A stretch of 64,000 nt of DNA, taken from Hyphomicrobiales bacterium. GTDB lineage: Bacteria > Pseudomonadota > Alphaproteobacteria > Rhizobiales > Aestuariivirgaceae. Position numbers and translations under genes: made by a program. The stretch lies in NCBI GenBank assembly GCA_040383265.1, contig JBEIDW010000001.1, forward strand, positions 31,369 to 95,368, in the 5' to 3' direction. Below, piece after piece: positions 1 to 8,805 of this stretch (the stretch's first letter is position 1; each line of letters begins with the position of its first letter). The notes beneath the pieces were generated by a model, which saw only the letters and a list, made by a program, of their open reading frames with translations, did not search any database and had not been told where the DNA came from.

Positions 1-387
1 GGTGATGGACTTACCGCTGGCGATCAGCGCCATCACTTGCTGCATCGAGGCAGATGCCGGAAAATCATATTCACCGGCCTTGAGCTTGCCGATCTGGCCA
101 GTGAGCTGCGCCAAGGCTGTGAAGATGCGGCCATTGGAGATGACGCCATTCTGCTCAAGCGATGCGCCGATCTCTGATACTGAAAGACCCGGCTCAATGA
201 CGAGCACCTTGTTCTCCGCCAGCGGGCCCGGAGCGGCATATTCGCTATAGGCGTAGAAACCTGCCGCAGCGGCTGCGAGCCCGGCAACGAGCGCCAGAAG
301 AAATGTCCACAGCAGCACGCGCGACAGAGCCGAGCTTCGGCGGCCTCCCTGCCGCGGACCCGGAACCTTCACGGATGGCTGCGGCAT
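1..387 (-). CDS. mltG: Endolytic transglycosylase MltG, N-terminal part (runs off window start)
   Basis: Manual translation from ATG at 387: N-terminal TM helix (LLWTFLLALVAGLAAAAGF), then GKLKAGEYDF..ASMQQVMALIASGK typical of YceG/MltG; usual position downstream of fabF. Not in the ORF track because it is truncated. Confidence 0.88.
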   Translation of the reverse strand, partial: MPQPSVKVPGPRQGGRRSSALSRVLLWTFLLALVAGLAAAAAGFYAYSEYAAPGPLAENKVLVIEPGLSVSEIGASLEQNGVISNGRIFTALAQLTGQIGKLKAGEYDFPASASMQQVMALIASGKSIT

Positions 388-415
388 GTTCAAGCTCTAT
401 GTCTTCTCCGATGTG

Positions 416-1681
416 TCAGGCCGCATAGCGGCGCATGATCAGTGATGCGTTGGTGCCACCAAAACCAAAGGAATTCGACAGAACTGTGTTGATCTCTTTT
501 TTCTTCGCCGAGTGCGGCACGAGATCGACCCGTGTCTCAACGGAAGGATTGTCGAGATTGATGGTCGGCGGCGCGACGTTGTCCCGAATGGCGAGGATGG
601 AGAAGATCGCTTCGACAGCGCCTGCCGCTCCTAGCAAATGACCAACGGAAGACTTGGTCGACGACATGGTAAGCTCCGCGGTGCGGTTGCCCATGAGGCG
701 TTCAACAGCGCGCAGCTCGATCTCATCACCCAACGGCGTCGAGGTGCCATGCGCATTGACATAATCGATCTCATGCGCCTGGAGGCCAGCACGCTTGAGG
801 GCAGCCGTCATGCAGCGGAAGGCACCATCGCCATCGGAAGACGGTGCCGTGACATGGTAGGCATCACCCGACATTCCATAGCCGATGATCTCGGCATAGA
901 TCTTCGCGCCGCGCGCCTTGGCGTGTTCGAGTTCTTCAAGCACCAGAACGCCGGCACCTTCACCCATGACGAAACCATCGCGGTCCTTGTCATAGGGGCG
1001 CGAGCCCTTCTCCGGCGTATCGTTGAACTTTGAGGCGAGTGCCTTGCAAGCGATGAAGCCCGCAATGCCGATGCGGCAGATCGCCGATTCAGCGCCCCCC
1101 GCGATCATGATGTCGGCATCATCCAGCGCAATGAGGCGCGCCGCATCGCCAATGGCGTGCGAACCCGTGGAACAGGCGGTGACGACGGAGTGATTCGGGC
1201 CCTTGAGGCCAAATTCGATGGAGACGAGGCCAGACGCGAGATTGATGAGCGAGCCCGGAATGAAGAAGGGACTGATTCGGCGCGGGCCCTTCTCGTTCAT
1301 CAGCATGGTGGTGTCGGCAGTGTTGCTCAGGCCGCCAATGCCAGAACCGATCAGCACGCCGGCGCGGTACTTCTCGTCTTCGGTTTTCAGTTCGATTCCC
1401 GAATCCTTCATCGCCTGCGTGGCGGCGGCCATGCCGTAAATGATAAAGTCGTCGTAGCGGCGGATTTCCTTGGGGTCCATCCACTGCTCGGGATTGAATG
1501 TGCCGTTCGACCCATCGCCGCGTTTCACTTCGCAGGCGATACGGCAGGAGAGATCGGACGCATCGAAGCGGGTGATGGGACCAGCGCCGGATTGACCGGC
1601 CAGAAGGCGGCTCCAGGTCTCTTCGATACCCGTTGCAAGCGGGGAAACGATACCAAGTCCGGTGACGACGACGCGGCGCAT
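416..1681 (-). CDS. fabF: Beta-ketoacyl-ACP synthase II
   Basis: MRRVVVTGLG start, TACSTG catalytic Cys, NAHGTST, GHLLGAAG, SNSFGFGGTN. Confidence 0.98.
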   Translation of the reverse strand: MRRVVVTGLGIVSPLATGIEETWSRLLAGQSGAGPITRFDASDLSCRIACEVKRGDGSNGTFNPEQWMDPKEIRRYDDFIIYGMAAATQAMKDSGIELKTEDEKYRAGVLIGSGIGGLSNTADTTMLMNEKGPRRISPFFIPGSLINLASGLVSIEFGLKGPNHSVVTACSTGSHAIGDAARLIALDDADIMIAGGAESAICRIGIAGFIACKALASKFNDTPEKGSRPYDKDRDGFVMGEGAGVLVLEELEHAKARGAKIYAEIIGYGMSGDAYHVTAPSSDGDGAFRCMTAALKRAGLQAHEIDYVNAHGTSTPLGDEIELRAVERLMGNRTAELTMSSTKSSVGHLLGAAGAVEAIFSILAIRDNVAPPTINLDNPSVETRVDLVPHSAKKKEINTVLSNSFGFGGTNASLIMRRYAA

Positions 1682-1700
1682 GCGATGCCCTTTCTACGCG

Positions 1701-1738
1701 AAAACGCGGCGGCAGGTTGTCTTTGACCTGCCTCCGCG
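1701..1738 (-). terminator. Hairpin with U-tract between acpP and fabF (probable partial terminator)
   Basis: Minus strand CGCGGAGGCAGGTC-AAAGACA-ACCTGCCGCCGCG-TTTT. Confidence 0.55.
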
Positions 1739-1785
1739 CAATTGGTCTTGATCGGATCGGGCCAATGGCCGATCGGAACGGCTGA

Positions 1786-2022
1786 TCAGGCCGAGGTTTT
1801 CTCGATGAACTTCACGGCGTCGCCCACGGTCTGGATCGATTCAGCCGCGTCGTCCGGGATTTCGATGCCGAACTCTTCTTCAAAGGCCATGACCAGCTCG
1901 ACGGTATCGAGGCTGTCCGCGCCGAGGTCGTCGATGAAGCTCGCTTCCGCCTTCACCTTGTCGGCGTCAACGCCGAGATGCTCGACGACGATCTTCTTCA
2001 CCCGCTCAGCCACATCACTCAT
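1786..2022 (-). CDS. acpP: Acyl carrier protein
   Basis: [37 protein letters not shown] with the phosphopantetheine Ser motif. Confidence 0.98.
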   Translation of the reverse strand: MSDVAERVKKIVVEHLGVDADKVKAEASFIDDLGADSLDTVELVMAFEEEFGIEIPDDAAESIQTVGDAVKFIEKTSA

Positions 2023-2197
2023 TGTCTTATTGTCCTTGGTTGTTTCCAAAATTCATTACGGCAGGACAGCAGGACCCCCTGCGGCCCCCCACACACCGGG
2101 GTTTTCCCTAGCACAATTCGAGGGCGCGTCAAAAGGGCTTCGCGGAGACAGCAGACGACTCCTTGCGGAAAACTACAACCTCTGGCAGGCTCAGGGC

Positions 2198-2776
2198 ATG
2201 AAAACAGCCCTCTTCACACTTCTTGCAATGGTTGCATTCACCGCTCCAGCGCGCGCCGACGGAGAGATTGTCCGGATCATCACGGTCGGCGACCAGATGA
2301 AACTAGATAAATTCGACTCGACACTGAATGAGGCCGTTGATGAAGCGAAGGCTGGTGGCAGCCCGGCGGATGTACAGGTTCTGGAGGAGGCACTCGCCGG
2401 AAAGCCATTGGCCATTGATGCCGGGCCAGACCCTGCGGGCGACTGGCGTTGCCGCACCATCAAATTGGGCGGCACGCTGCCACTGACCGTTTATGGCTGG
2501 TTCAAGTGCCGTATCTCGGATGACGGGACAGGCTGGGTTTTGGAGAAAACATCAGGCTCACAGCGTACGAAGGGCAAGTTCTACACCGCGTCAGACACGC
2601 GGTTGACATATCTAGGCGCGGGCCATGTGGCGGGCGAGGAACCGCGCAGATATGGGCAAACACCCTGGCACAACCAGGTGGCCTATGCTGAACGGCGCGG
2701 GGACACGCGCATTCTGCTGATGTTCCCCGAGCCTAATTTCGAGTCGAAACTCGACCTGCTCGAATTGCAGCGATGA
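2198..2776 (+). CDS. Secreted DUF4893-like protein
   Basis: Signal peptide MKTALFTLLAMVAFTAPARA; G.WRCRTIKLGG, YGWFKCRI, KTSGSQR, FPEP.FESKLDLLEL resemble DUF4893. The upstream part of the track ORF is antisense to acpP. Confidence 0.75.
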   Translation: MKTALFTLLAMVAFTAPARADGEIVRIITVGDQMKLDKFDSTLNEAVDEAKAGGSPADVQVLEEALAGKPLAIDAGPDPAGDWRCRTIKLGGTLPLTVYGWFKCRISDDGTGWVLEKTSGSQRTKGKFYTASDTRLTYLGAGHVAGEEPRRYGQTPWHNQVAYAERRGDTRILLMFPEPNFESKLDLLELQR

Positions 2777-2790
2777 GGCGCTGAAACGCC

Positions 2791-3531
2791 TCAGATCATC
2801 GCCATGCCGCCGTTGATGTGCAGCGTCTGGCCGGTGACGTAGCCCGCCTCTTCCGACGCCAGATAAAGAACCGCGGCGGCGATATCTTCGGGCGTGCCGA
2901 GCTTTCCGGCCGGAACACGGCCCAGGATTGCCTCCTTCTGCTTGTCGTTCAGCACATCGGTCATTGGGGTGGCGATAAAGCCGGGGGCCACCGCATTCAC
3001 CGTCACGTTGCGCGCGGCGAGTTCCTGCGCGAGCGACTTGGTGAGGCCGATGACGCCTGCCTTGGAGGCCACATAGTTGGCCTGACCCGGATTGCCGGTG
3101 ACGCCCACCACCGAGGTGATGTTGAGAATACGGCCCCAGCGCTTCTTCATCATGCCGCGCATGGCGGCGCGGGCGAGCCGGAAGGAGGCCGTGAGGTTCA
3201 CGTCGATGACGGAGGCCCAGTCCTCGTCTTTCATGCGCATGGCAAGGCCGTCCTTGGTGATGCCGGCATTGTTGACCAGAATGTCGAGCGAGCCCATGGC
3301 GGCTTCCGCCTCCGGCACCAGCCTCTCGACCGCCGCCGCATCAGACAGGTTGCATGGCAGAATGACCACACGCTCCCCGCCCAGCTCCGCCTTCAACTCC
3401 TCCAGCACAGTTGCGCGCGTGCCAGAAATGGCGACTGTCGCGCCAGCCTTGTGCAGCACCTTCGCAATGGCAGCCCCGATACCACCCGTGGCGCCGGTGA
3501 CGAGCGCGGTCTTTCCGCTAAGATCGAACAT
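2791..3531 (-). CDS. fabG: 3-oxoacyl-ACP reductase
   Basis: TGATGGIG, NNAGIT, YVASK; between fabD and acpP. Confidence 0.97.
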   Translation of the reverse strand: MFDLSGKTALVTGATGGIGAAIAKVLHKAGATVAISGTRATVLEELKAELGGERVVILPCNLSDAAAVERLVPEAEAAMGSLDILVNNAGITKDGLAMRMKDEDWASVIDVNLTASFRLARAAMRGMMKKRWGRILNITSVVGVTGNPGQANYVASKAGVIGLTKSLAQELAARNVTVNAVAPGFIATPMTDVLNDKQKEAILGRVPAGKLGTPEDIAAAVLYLASEEAGYVTGQTLHINGGMAMI

Positions 3532-3536
3532 GTTGC

Positions 3537-4484
3537 TTATCCCTTGATCTGGGCCGCAGCGGCGGCAATGTCTTCCGGCGTGTTGATGGCAAAGGCTGTT
3601 GCATCCGGCGCATTCTTCTTGGAAAGCCCGGTCAGCACCTTGCCAGTGCCAATCTCATAGAAGCGGGTGACGCCGTGTGCCGCCATGAAGGCCACGCATT
3701 CGCGCCAGCGCACCGTGCCGGTCACCTGGGCCACGAGGCTTTCGCGGATCCTGGCTGGATCAGTGAGCGGGGCAGCGCCCACATTGGCAACGACGGGTAC
3801 CGAAGGCGCATTCATGGTTACCTTTGAGAGCGCATCCGCCATGACATCCGCCGCGGGCTGCATCAGCGAGCAATGGAAGGGCGCGGAGACAGGCAGCATC
3901 ACGGCGCGCTTGGCACCCTTGGCCTTGGCAATTTCCGCGCAACGCTCAACCGCTGCCTTGGAGCCCGAAACAACGACCTGGCCATCGCTGTTATCATTCG
4001 CCGCCTGGCACACGTCACCCTGTGCGGCTTCGGCGGCAGCGGCTGCCGCCGCCGCAAAATCGAGGCCAAGGAGTGCTGCCATCGCACCTACGCCAACCGG
4101 CGTGGCACTCTGCATCGCCTGACCGCGTGTTTTCAGCAGCCGCGCGGCATCAGCCAGTGAGAAGGTTCCAGCGGCGGCGAGCGCGGAATATTCACCCAGG
4201 GAGTGGCCCGCGACAAATGCCGCCGTGTTGGCAACGGTAATGCCATGCTCGGCCTCCAGCACGCGAATCACCGCCATGGACACGGCCATGAGCGCAGGCT
4301 GCGCATTCTCGGTGAAGGTCAGGTCGGCTTCGGGGCCTTCCCACATCAATTGGGTCAGTTTCTGGCCCAGCGCCTCGTCCACCTCCGCGAAGACGGCGCG
4401 CGCGGCAGCAAAATTATCCGCAAGTGCTTTGCCCATGCCGACAGTCTGGCTCCCCTGCCCCGGGAACATGAAGGCCGTTGTCAT
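3537..4484 (-). CDS. fabD: Malonyl-CoA:ACP transacylase
   Basis: FPGQGSQ, GHSLGEY, VSAPFH; start trimmed to MTTAF. Confidence 0.97.
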   Translation of the reverse strand: MTTAFMFPGQGSQTVGMGKALADNFAAARAVFAEVDEALGQKLTQLMWEGPEADLTFTENAQPALMAVSMAVIRVLEAEHGITVANTAAFVAGHSLGEYSALAAAGTFSLADAARLLKTRGQAMQSATPVGVGAMAALLGLDFAAAAAAAAEAAQGDVCQAANDNSDGQVVVSGSKAAVERCAEIAKAKGAKRAVMLPVSAPFHCSLMQPAADVMADALSKVTMNAPSVPVVANVGAAPLTDPARIRESLVAQVTGTVRWRECVAFMAAHGVTRFYEIGTGKVLTGLSKKNAPDATAFAINTPEDIAAAAAQIKG

Positions 4485-4583
4485 TCGCAATCCCCTGTTT
4501 GATTCCTCAGATCCGCACGAAACATGGGGCAGCAGAAGAGTCAAGGTTGACGGTCGGCGATGGATCGGCCTTACTTTGAGACC

Positions 4584-5549
4584 ATGTACACCGCAGATGA
4601 ACTCGAAGCCGCACAGCGCATCGTCTATGCCGCCATGCCACCGACCCCTCAATACGCATGGCCCCTCCTCCAGCAGGAGACCGGCGCGGAAGTGTGGGTG
4701 AAGCATGAGAATCATACGCCGACCGGCGCCTTCAAGGTGCGGGGCGGCCTCGTACACATGGCGCTTCGGAAGAAGCGCGGCGAGATGAATGGCGTGATCA
4801 GCGCCACGCGCGGCAACCACGGCCAGTCGCTGCCCTTCGCGGCCCAGCGCATCGGCATCAAGACAACCATTGTCTGCCCCATCGGCAATTCACCGGAAAA
4901 GAACGCCGCCATGCGGGCATTGGGTGCGGAACTGATCGAAACCGGACATGACTTCGACGCGGCGCGCGAAACAGCGATGGAGATCGGCAGGGAGCGCGGC
5001 CTCGATTTCATTGCCTCCTTCGGCAAGGAACTGGTGATGGGCGTGACGACCTATGCGCATGAACTGTTCCGCGCGGCGGGAGAGCTCGACGCCGTCTATG
5101 TGCCCATCGGCATGGGTTCCGGCATCGTGGGCACCATCACGGCGCGGGATTTCCTGGGATTGAAGACCAAGGTGATCGGCGTGGTGGCGAAAGGAGCCAA
5201 TGCCGTGGCGCTTTCATTTGCGGCTGGCAAGCCCGTATCCACCAACGCCGTTTCGACCTTCGCCGATGGCATGGCGGTGCGCGTGGTGAACCCGGACGCA
5301 TTTGACTATATCAAGCACGGCGCAGACCGCATCGTGACCGTGTCGGACGATGAAATCGCAGAAGCGACACGAAGCTATTACCGTTGCTGCCACAGCATTG
5401 CCGAGGGCGCAGGCGCTGCCCCGCTTGCCGCCCTCATGCAGGAGCGCGAGGTCATGAAGGGCAAGCGCGTGGGCGTCATCCTCTCCGGCGGCAACATCGA
5501 CATGGTGAAATTCGCGCAGGTCCTTGAGGGCAAGACGCCAGCGGCGTGA
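4584..5549 (+). CDS. PLP-dependent threonine/serine dehydratase family protein (no regulatory ACT domain)
   Basis: KHENHTPTGAFKVRGG, ATRGNHG, PIGMGSG, LSGGNID. Confidence 0.88.
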   Translation: MYTADELEAAQRIVYAAMPPTPQYAWPLLQQETGAEVWVKHENHTPTGAFKVRGGLVHMALRKKRGEMNGVISATRGNHGQSLPFAAQRIGIKTTIVCPIGNSPEKNAAMRALGAELIETGHDFDAARETAMEIGRERGLDFIASFGKELVMGVTTYAHELFRAAGELDAVYVPIGMGSGIVGTITARDFLGLKTKVIGVVAKGANAVALSFAAGKPVSTNAVSTFADGMAVRVVNPDAFDYIKHGADRIVTVSDDEIAEATRSYYRCCHSIAEGAGAAPLAALMQEREVMKGKRVGVILSGGNIDMVKFAQVLEGKTPAA

Positions 5550-5582
5550 CGCACAGAAAAGAGGCCCTTTGCGTCTGCCAAC

Positions 5583-6332
5583 TTACAGCGACACCGACAA
5601 CCCGCCATCCACCGCCAGCACATGGCCGTTTACATAGGCTGCGGCGTCTGAGGCCAGGAAGACGACCGCTCCACCGAGTTCTTCCGGCTTCGCCCAGCGG
5701 CCAGCAGGTGTGCGCGCTTCGACCCAGGCGGTGAAGGCCTTGTCTTCCAGCAATGCGGTATTGAGTTCGGTGGCGAAATAACCGGGTGCCAGAGCGTTGA
5801 CAGTGATGCCGCTTCGGCCCAGTTCCGCCGCCATGGAGCGCGTAAGACCATGGAGCCCCGCCTTCGCCGCCACATAGGCATGGATGGTCGGGCGGCCCAG
5901 AATGGCTGCAACGGAGCCGGTGTTGATGATGCGCCCATAACCGTTCGGCAGCATCAACCGCGCCGCATCGCGTGCGAGCCGGAAACAGGAGGTCAGGTTG
6001 ACGGCGATGACGCGGTCGAAATCATCATCCTCCCATTCGGTAATGGGGCGGCGGTGCTGGATGCCGGCATTGTTGACGAGAATATCGAGTTTGCCGTGGC
6101 GGCTGACGATCTCCTCCAGCGATTGACGCGCTTGACCTGCATCACTCACGTCAAAGGCCACGGGCTCCACGCCGATCTTCTTTGCGGCGGCGGCAAGCTC
6201 ACCCGCATTGCGCGCGTTGATGATGACCTCTGCCCCATTCTCCTTGAGCGCTTTCGCCATGGCGAAGCCAAGACCCCGCGAGGCCCCGGTGACGAGGGCG
6301 ACGCGGCCCTGAAGCGAGAACATGCCGGACAT
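5583..6332 (-). CDS. SDR oxidoreductase, gluconate 5-dehydrogenase-like
   Basis: TGASRGLG, NNAGIQHR, YVAAK, APGYFATELN, RTPAGRW. Confidence 0.85.
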   Translation of the reverse strand: MSGMFSLQGRVALVTGASRGLGFAMAKALKENGAEVIINARNAGELAAAAKKIGVEPVAFDVSDAGQARQSLEEIVSRHGKLDILVNNAGIQHRRPITEWEDDDFDRVIAVNLTSCFRLARDAARLMLPNGYGRIINTGSVAAILGRPTIHAYVAAKAGLHGLTRSMAAELGRSGITVNALAPGYFATELNTALLEDKAFTAWVEARTPAGRWAKPEELGGAVVFLASDAAAYVNGHVLAVDGGLSVSL

Positions 6333-6335
6333 GGA

Positions 6336-7229
6336 CTATTTCTTCAGCCCGTTCACCGCCATCATCACATCGATGAGGCGCGGGATGAAACGGTCACCAT
6401 AGCCCATGTTGTCTGCCATGACCGTCAACTGATGCGCGGTCTCCCCCAGGAAGGAGGTGACAGGGAGGTGCTCCGTCATGTTGGTGTAGTATCGCAAGTC
6501 CTTCCGGGCATTGCGGATGGCGAACTGGGCGGCACTGTCATCATCCGCCAAAGGAACATTGATGAGGCGGCCGAACATGACAGAGGCAGCGCCCCCCGCC
6601 ATCACGATGTCGCGCAGTGCCGTCATGTCCACGCCCGCTTTCGCCGCCACCGTGATCGCCTCCGCCGCCACTGCGGCATGGGTGATCGACAGGAAGTTGT
6701 TGATGAGCTTCAACTGATGCGCAGTGCCGACGCCGCCCGCATGGATGATGGTGTCAGCGAAGCATTCGAGCACCGGCTTGATGCGGGCGATGACATCTTC
6801 CGGGCCACCCGTCATCAGGCCCAGCTTTCCGGCTTCGGCCTCCTTCGGCGTGCGCGTCATCGGCGTATCGACAAACCAGCCGCCCTTGGCTTCGACATCG
6901 GCGGCGATCTTGCGCGTTGAATGCGGCTCGGCGGTAGAGCAATCGGCTATGACAAGCCCCTCACGCACCGCGCCCATGAGACCATATTCACCATAGATCA
7001 ATTGCTCCACCTGCGGCGTGCCGGTGACACAGAGGATGACGAGATCTGACTCCTTGGCGACACCCAGCGGATTGTTGCGCTCATGCGCGCCCTTCGCCAC
7101 GAGGTCTTCCACCGGCCCCCGGTTCCTGTGCGCCATGACGGTGAGATGGTAGCCCTTGGCCAGGATGTTCTTGCCGATGCCATGGCCCATGAGGCCAACA
7201 CCGATGAGGCCGACGCGCTTGATGGTCAT
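6336..7229 (-). CDS. NAD(P)-dependent beta-hydroxyacid dehydrogenase family (3-hydroxyisobutyrate dehydrogenase-like)
   Basis: GLIGVGLMG, DCST, KLINN catalytic Lys, KDLRY. Confidence 0.87.
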   Translation of the reverse strand: MTIKRVGLIGVGLMGHGIGKNILAKGYHLTVMAHRNRGPVEDLVAKGAHERNNPLGVAKESDLVILCVTGTPQVEQLIYGEYGLMGAVREGLVIADCSTAEPHSTRKIAADVEAKGGWFVDTPMTRTPKEAEAGKLGLMTGGPEDVIARIKPVLECFADTIIHAGGVGTAHQLKLINNFLSITHAAVAAEAITVAAKAGVDMTALRDIVMAGGAASVMFGRLINVPLADDDSAAQFAIRNARKDLRYYTNMTEHLPVTSFLGETAHQLTVMADNMGYGDRFIPRLIDVMMAVNGLKK

Positions 7230-7705
7230 GTTCCTTCTCCCGCTCTGATGAACGCCATGAGATTATCCTGCTCCAGAATATGGAGCCTGTCTTCCGTCTT
7301 CTTGGTGAAGCCGAGCCGCGCATAAAAGCGCTCAGCACCGGTGTTGGTTTCATCGACTTCGAGCTTGATGAATTGCGCGCCACGCCGGGCGAAGCGCCGG
7401 GCGGAACAGCGCAGAAGCTCCAGCCCCGTGTTTTTCCCGCGCGCCTCGGGCAGAACGAAGAGATCAACCACGTAAAGGCCGGGCGCGCCCCGCCAGGTGG
7501 AAAAGGTCATGAGGCCAAGGCAGGCGCCAAGCAGCTGGCCATTTTCCTCCGCCACCACCACGTCGATCAGGTGCTCGGCGGCATTGAGCTTTTCGCCGGT
7601 GAGTTTTGGAATGAAACCCGTACCGATATGTTCGGCGAGGCCCCGCACCATGGCCGCCACGGCCTCTGCCTCATCCTCCCGCATCGGCCTGACGGTCAGG
7701 CTCAT
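7226..7705 (-). CDS. GNAT N-acetyltransferase, spermidine/spermine acetyltransferase (SSAT)-like
   Basis: FSTWRG.PGLYVVDLFVLPEARGKNTG and N..AERFYARLGF; 4-nt overlaps with both neighbours. Confidence 0.85.
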   Translation of the reverse strand: MSLTVRPMREDEAEAVAAMVRGLAEHIGTGFIPKLTGEKLNAAEHLIDVVVAEENGQLLGACLGLMTFSTWRGAPGLYVVDLFVLPEARGKNTGLELLRCSARRFARRGAQFIKLEVDETNTGAERFYARLGFTKKTEDRLHILEQDNLMAFIRAGEGT

Positions 7706-8733
7706 GCGAGAAGCCCCTTCAGCAGCGAGGCAAGGTTGTTGCCGAGATGCGGTGAGGGATATCCCCCCTCCTGCACGCAAAGCATGGGAAGCTGCAGCGC
7801 CGCGATCTCCCTGCCGATCACCTCAAACTCCGGCGTGGCGATGGCAAAGCCCTGAAAGGGATCATCGACCGCAATGTCGAGGCCGGCGGCGATCACCAGC
7901 GTATCCGCCCCGAAATCGGCAATGCGTTGAAGCGCCACCGCAAGCGCCGCGCAATAGGGCTTGATGGTGGTGCCGCGCTCCATCGGCAGGTTGAGGTTGA
8001 AGCCTTCGCCTGCACAGCGCCCCGTCTCCTCCGCATAGCCCCAGAAGAAGGGGTAGAAGCGCTTGGGATGGGCGTGGATCGAGACGGTCAGCACATCGGC
8101 CCGGTCATAGAAGATCGCCTCCGTGCCATTGCCGTGATGCACATCGATATCGAGGATGGCAACGCGCCGGCCAGCCTGATTAAGCATTTCGGCGGCAATG
8201 GCGGTGTTGTTGAAGTAGCAGAAGCCGGCCGCCACATCGGCCGCAGCATGGTGGCCAGGCGGGCGGCAGAGCGCATAAGCGAACCGCTCCCCGTTCAGCA
8301 GCAGTTGCGCCCCATGTGCGGCAGTGGCGGCGCTGGCGCGTGCCGCTTCCCATGTTCTGGATGTCACCGGGCAAGAGCCGTCGCCCAGATGAAATCCGCA
8401 CTGGCCCACCACGCTGTCGGGATAGCCCGCAGGTGGCAGGCTGGCGCGGCCCAGCGCAAAGACATTGGGCGTTGGCGTTTCGGACGCATTGGGCAGACGC
8501 TGCCAACGCTCCCACAGGGTGGAGAGGAACTGGATGTAGCGGCGATCATGCACCAGCGCCAGCGTATCGCCGAAAATCTCAGGCGGGCTGACGATCGGCC
8601 CGCCAAGCTGCCTCACGCCCTCCAGCAACATGTCGATGCGCTCAGGCCGCTCGGGGATGGGCTGGGGCTTGCCCGACACAATGAATTCGCGGGGCGCATG
8701 GGAGCGTTGCAGATCGTCGAAGACAGTGATCAC
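7702..8733 (-). CDS. Histone deacetylase family / acetylpolyamine amidohydrolase-like
   Basis: PERPER, RPPGHHA, GFCYFNN, DIDVHHGNG, QEGGY. Confidence 0.92.
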   Translation of the reverse strand: MITVFDDLQRSHAPREFIVSGKPQPIPERPERIDMLLEGVRQLGGPIVSPPEIFGDTLALVHDRRYIQFLSTLWERWQRLPNASETPTPNVFALGRASLPPAGYPDSVVGQCGFHLGDGSCPVTSRTWEAARASAATAAHGAQLLLNGERFAYALCRPPGHHAAADVAAGFCYFNNTAIAAEMLNQAGRRVAILDIDVHHGNGTEAIFYDRADVLTVSIHAHPKRFYPFFWGYAEETGRCAGEGFNLNLPMERGTTIKPYCAALAVALQRIADFGADTLVIAAGLDIAVDDPFQGFAIATPEFEVIGREIAALQLPMLCVQEGGYPSPHLGNNLASLLKGLLA

Positions 8734-8805
8734 CTGTTTGCCGAGCCTCTTGTTTGGGTGCTAGGATTTTGAGCATCCGTTCATGACAACGCAAGGCTGA
8801 TCAGC

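Noticed and set aside
1742-2197. N-terminal 150 aa of the 344-aa + strand ORF
   Set aside because: Antisense shadow of acpP; the real gene begins at the signal peptide at 2198
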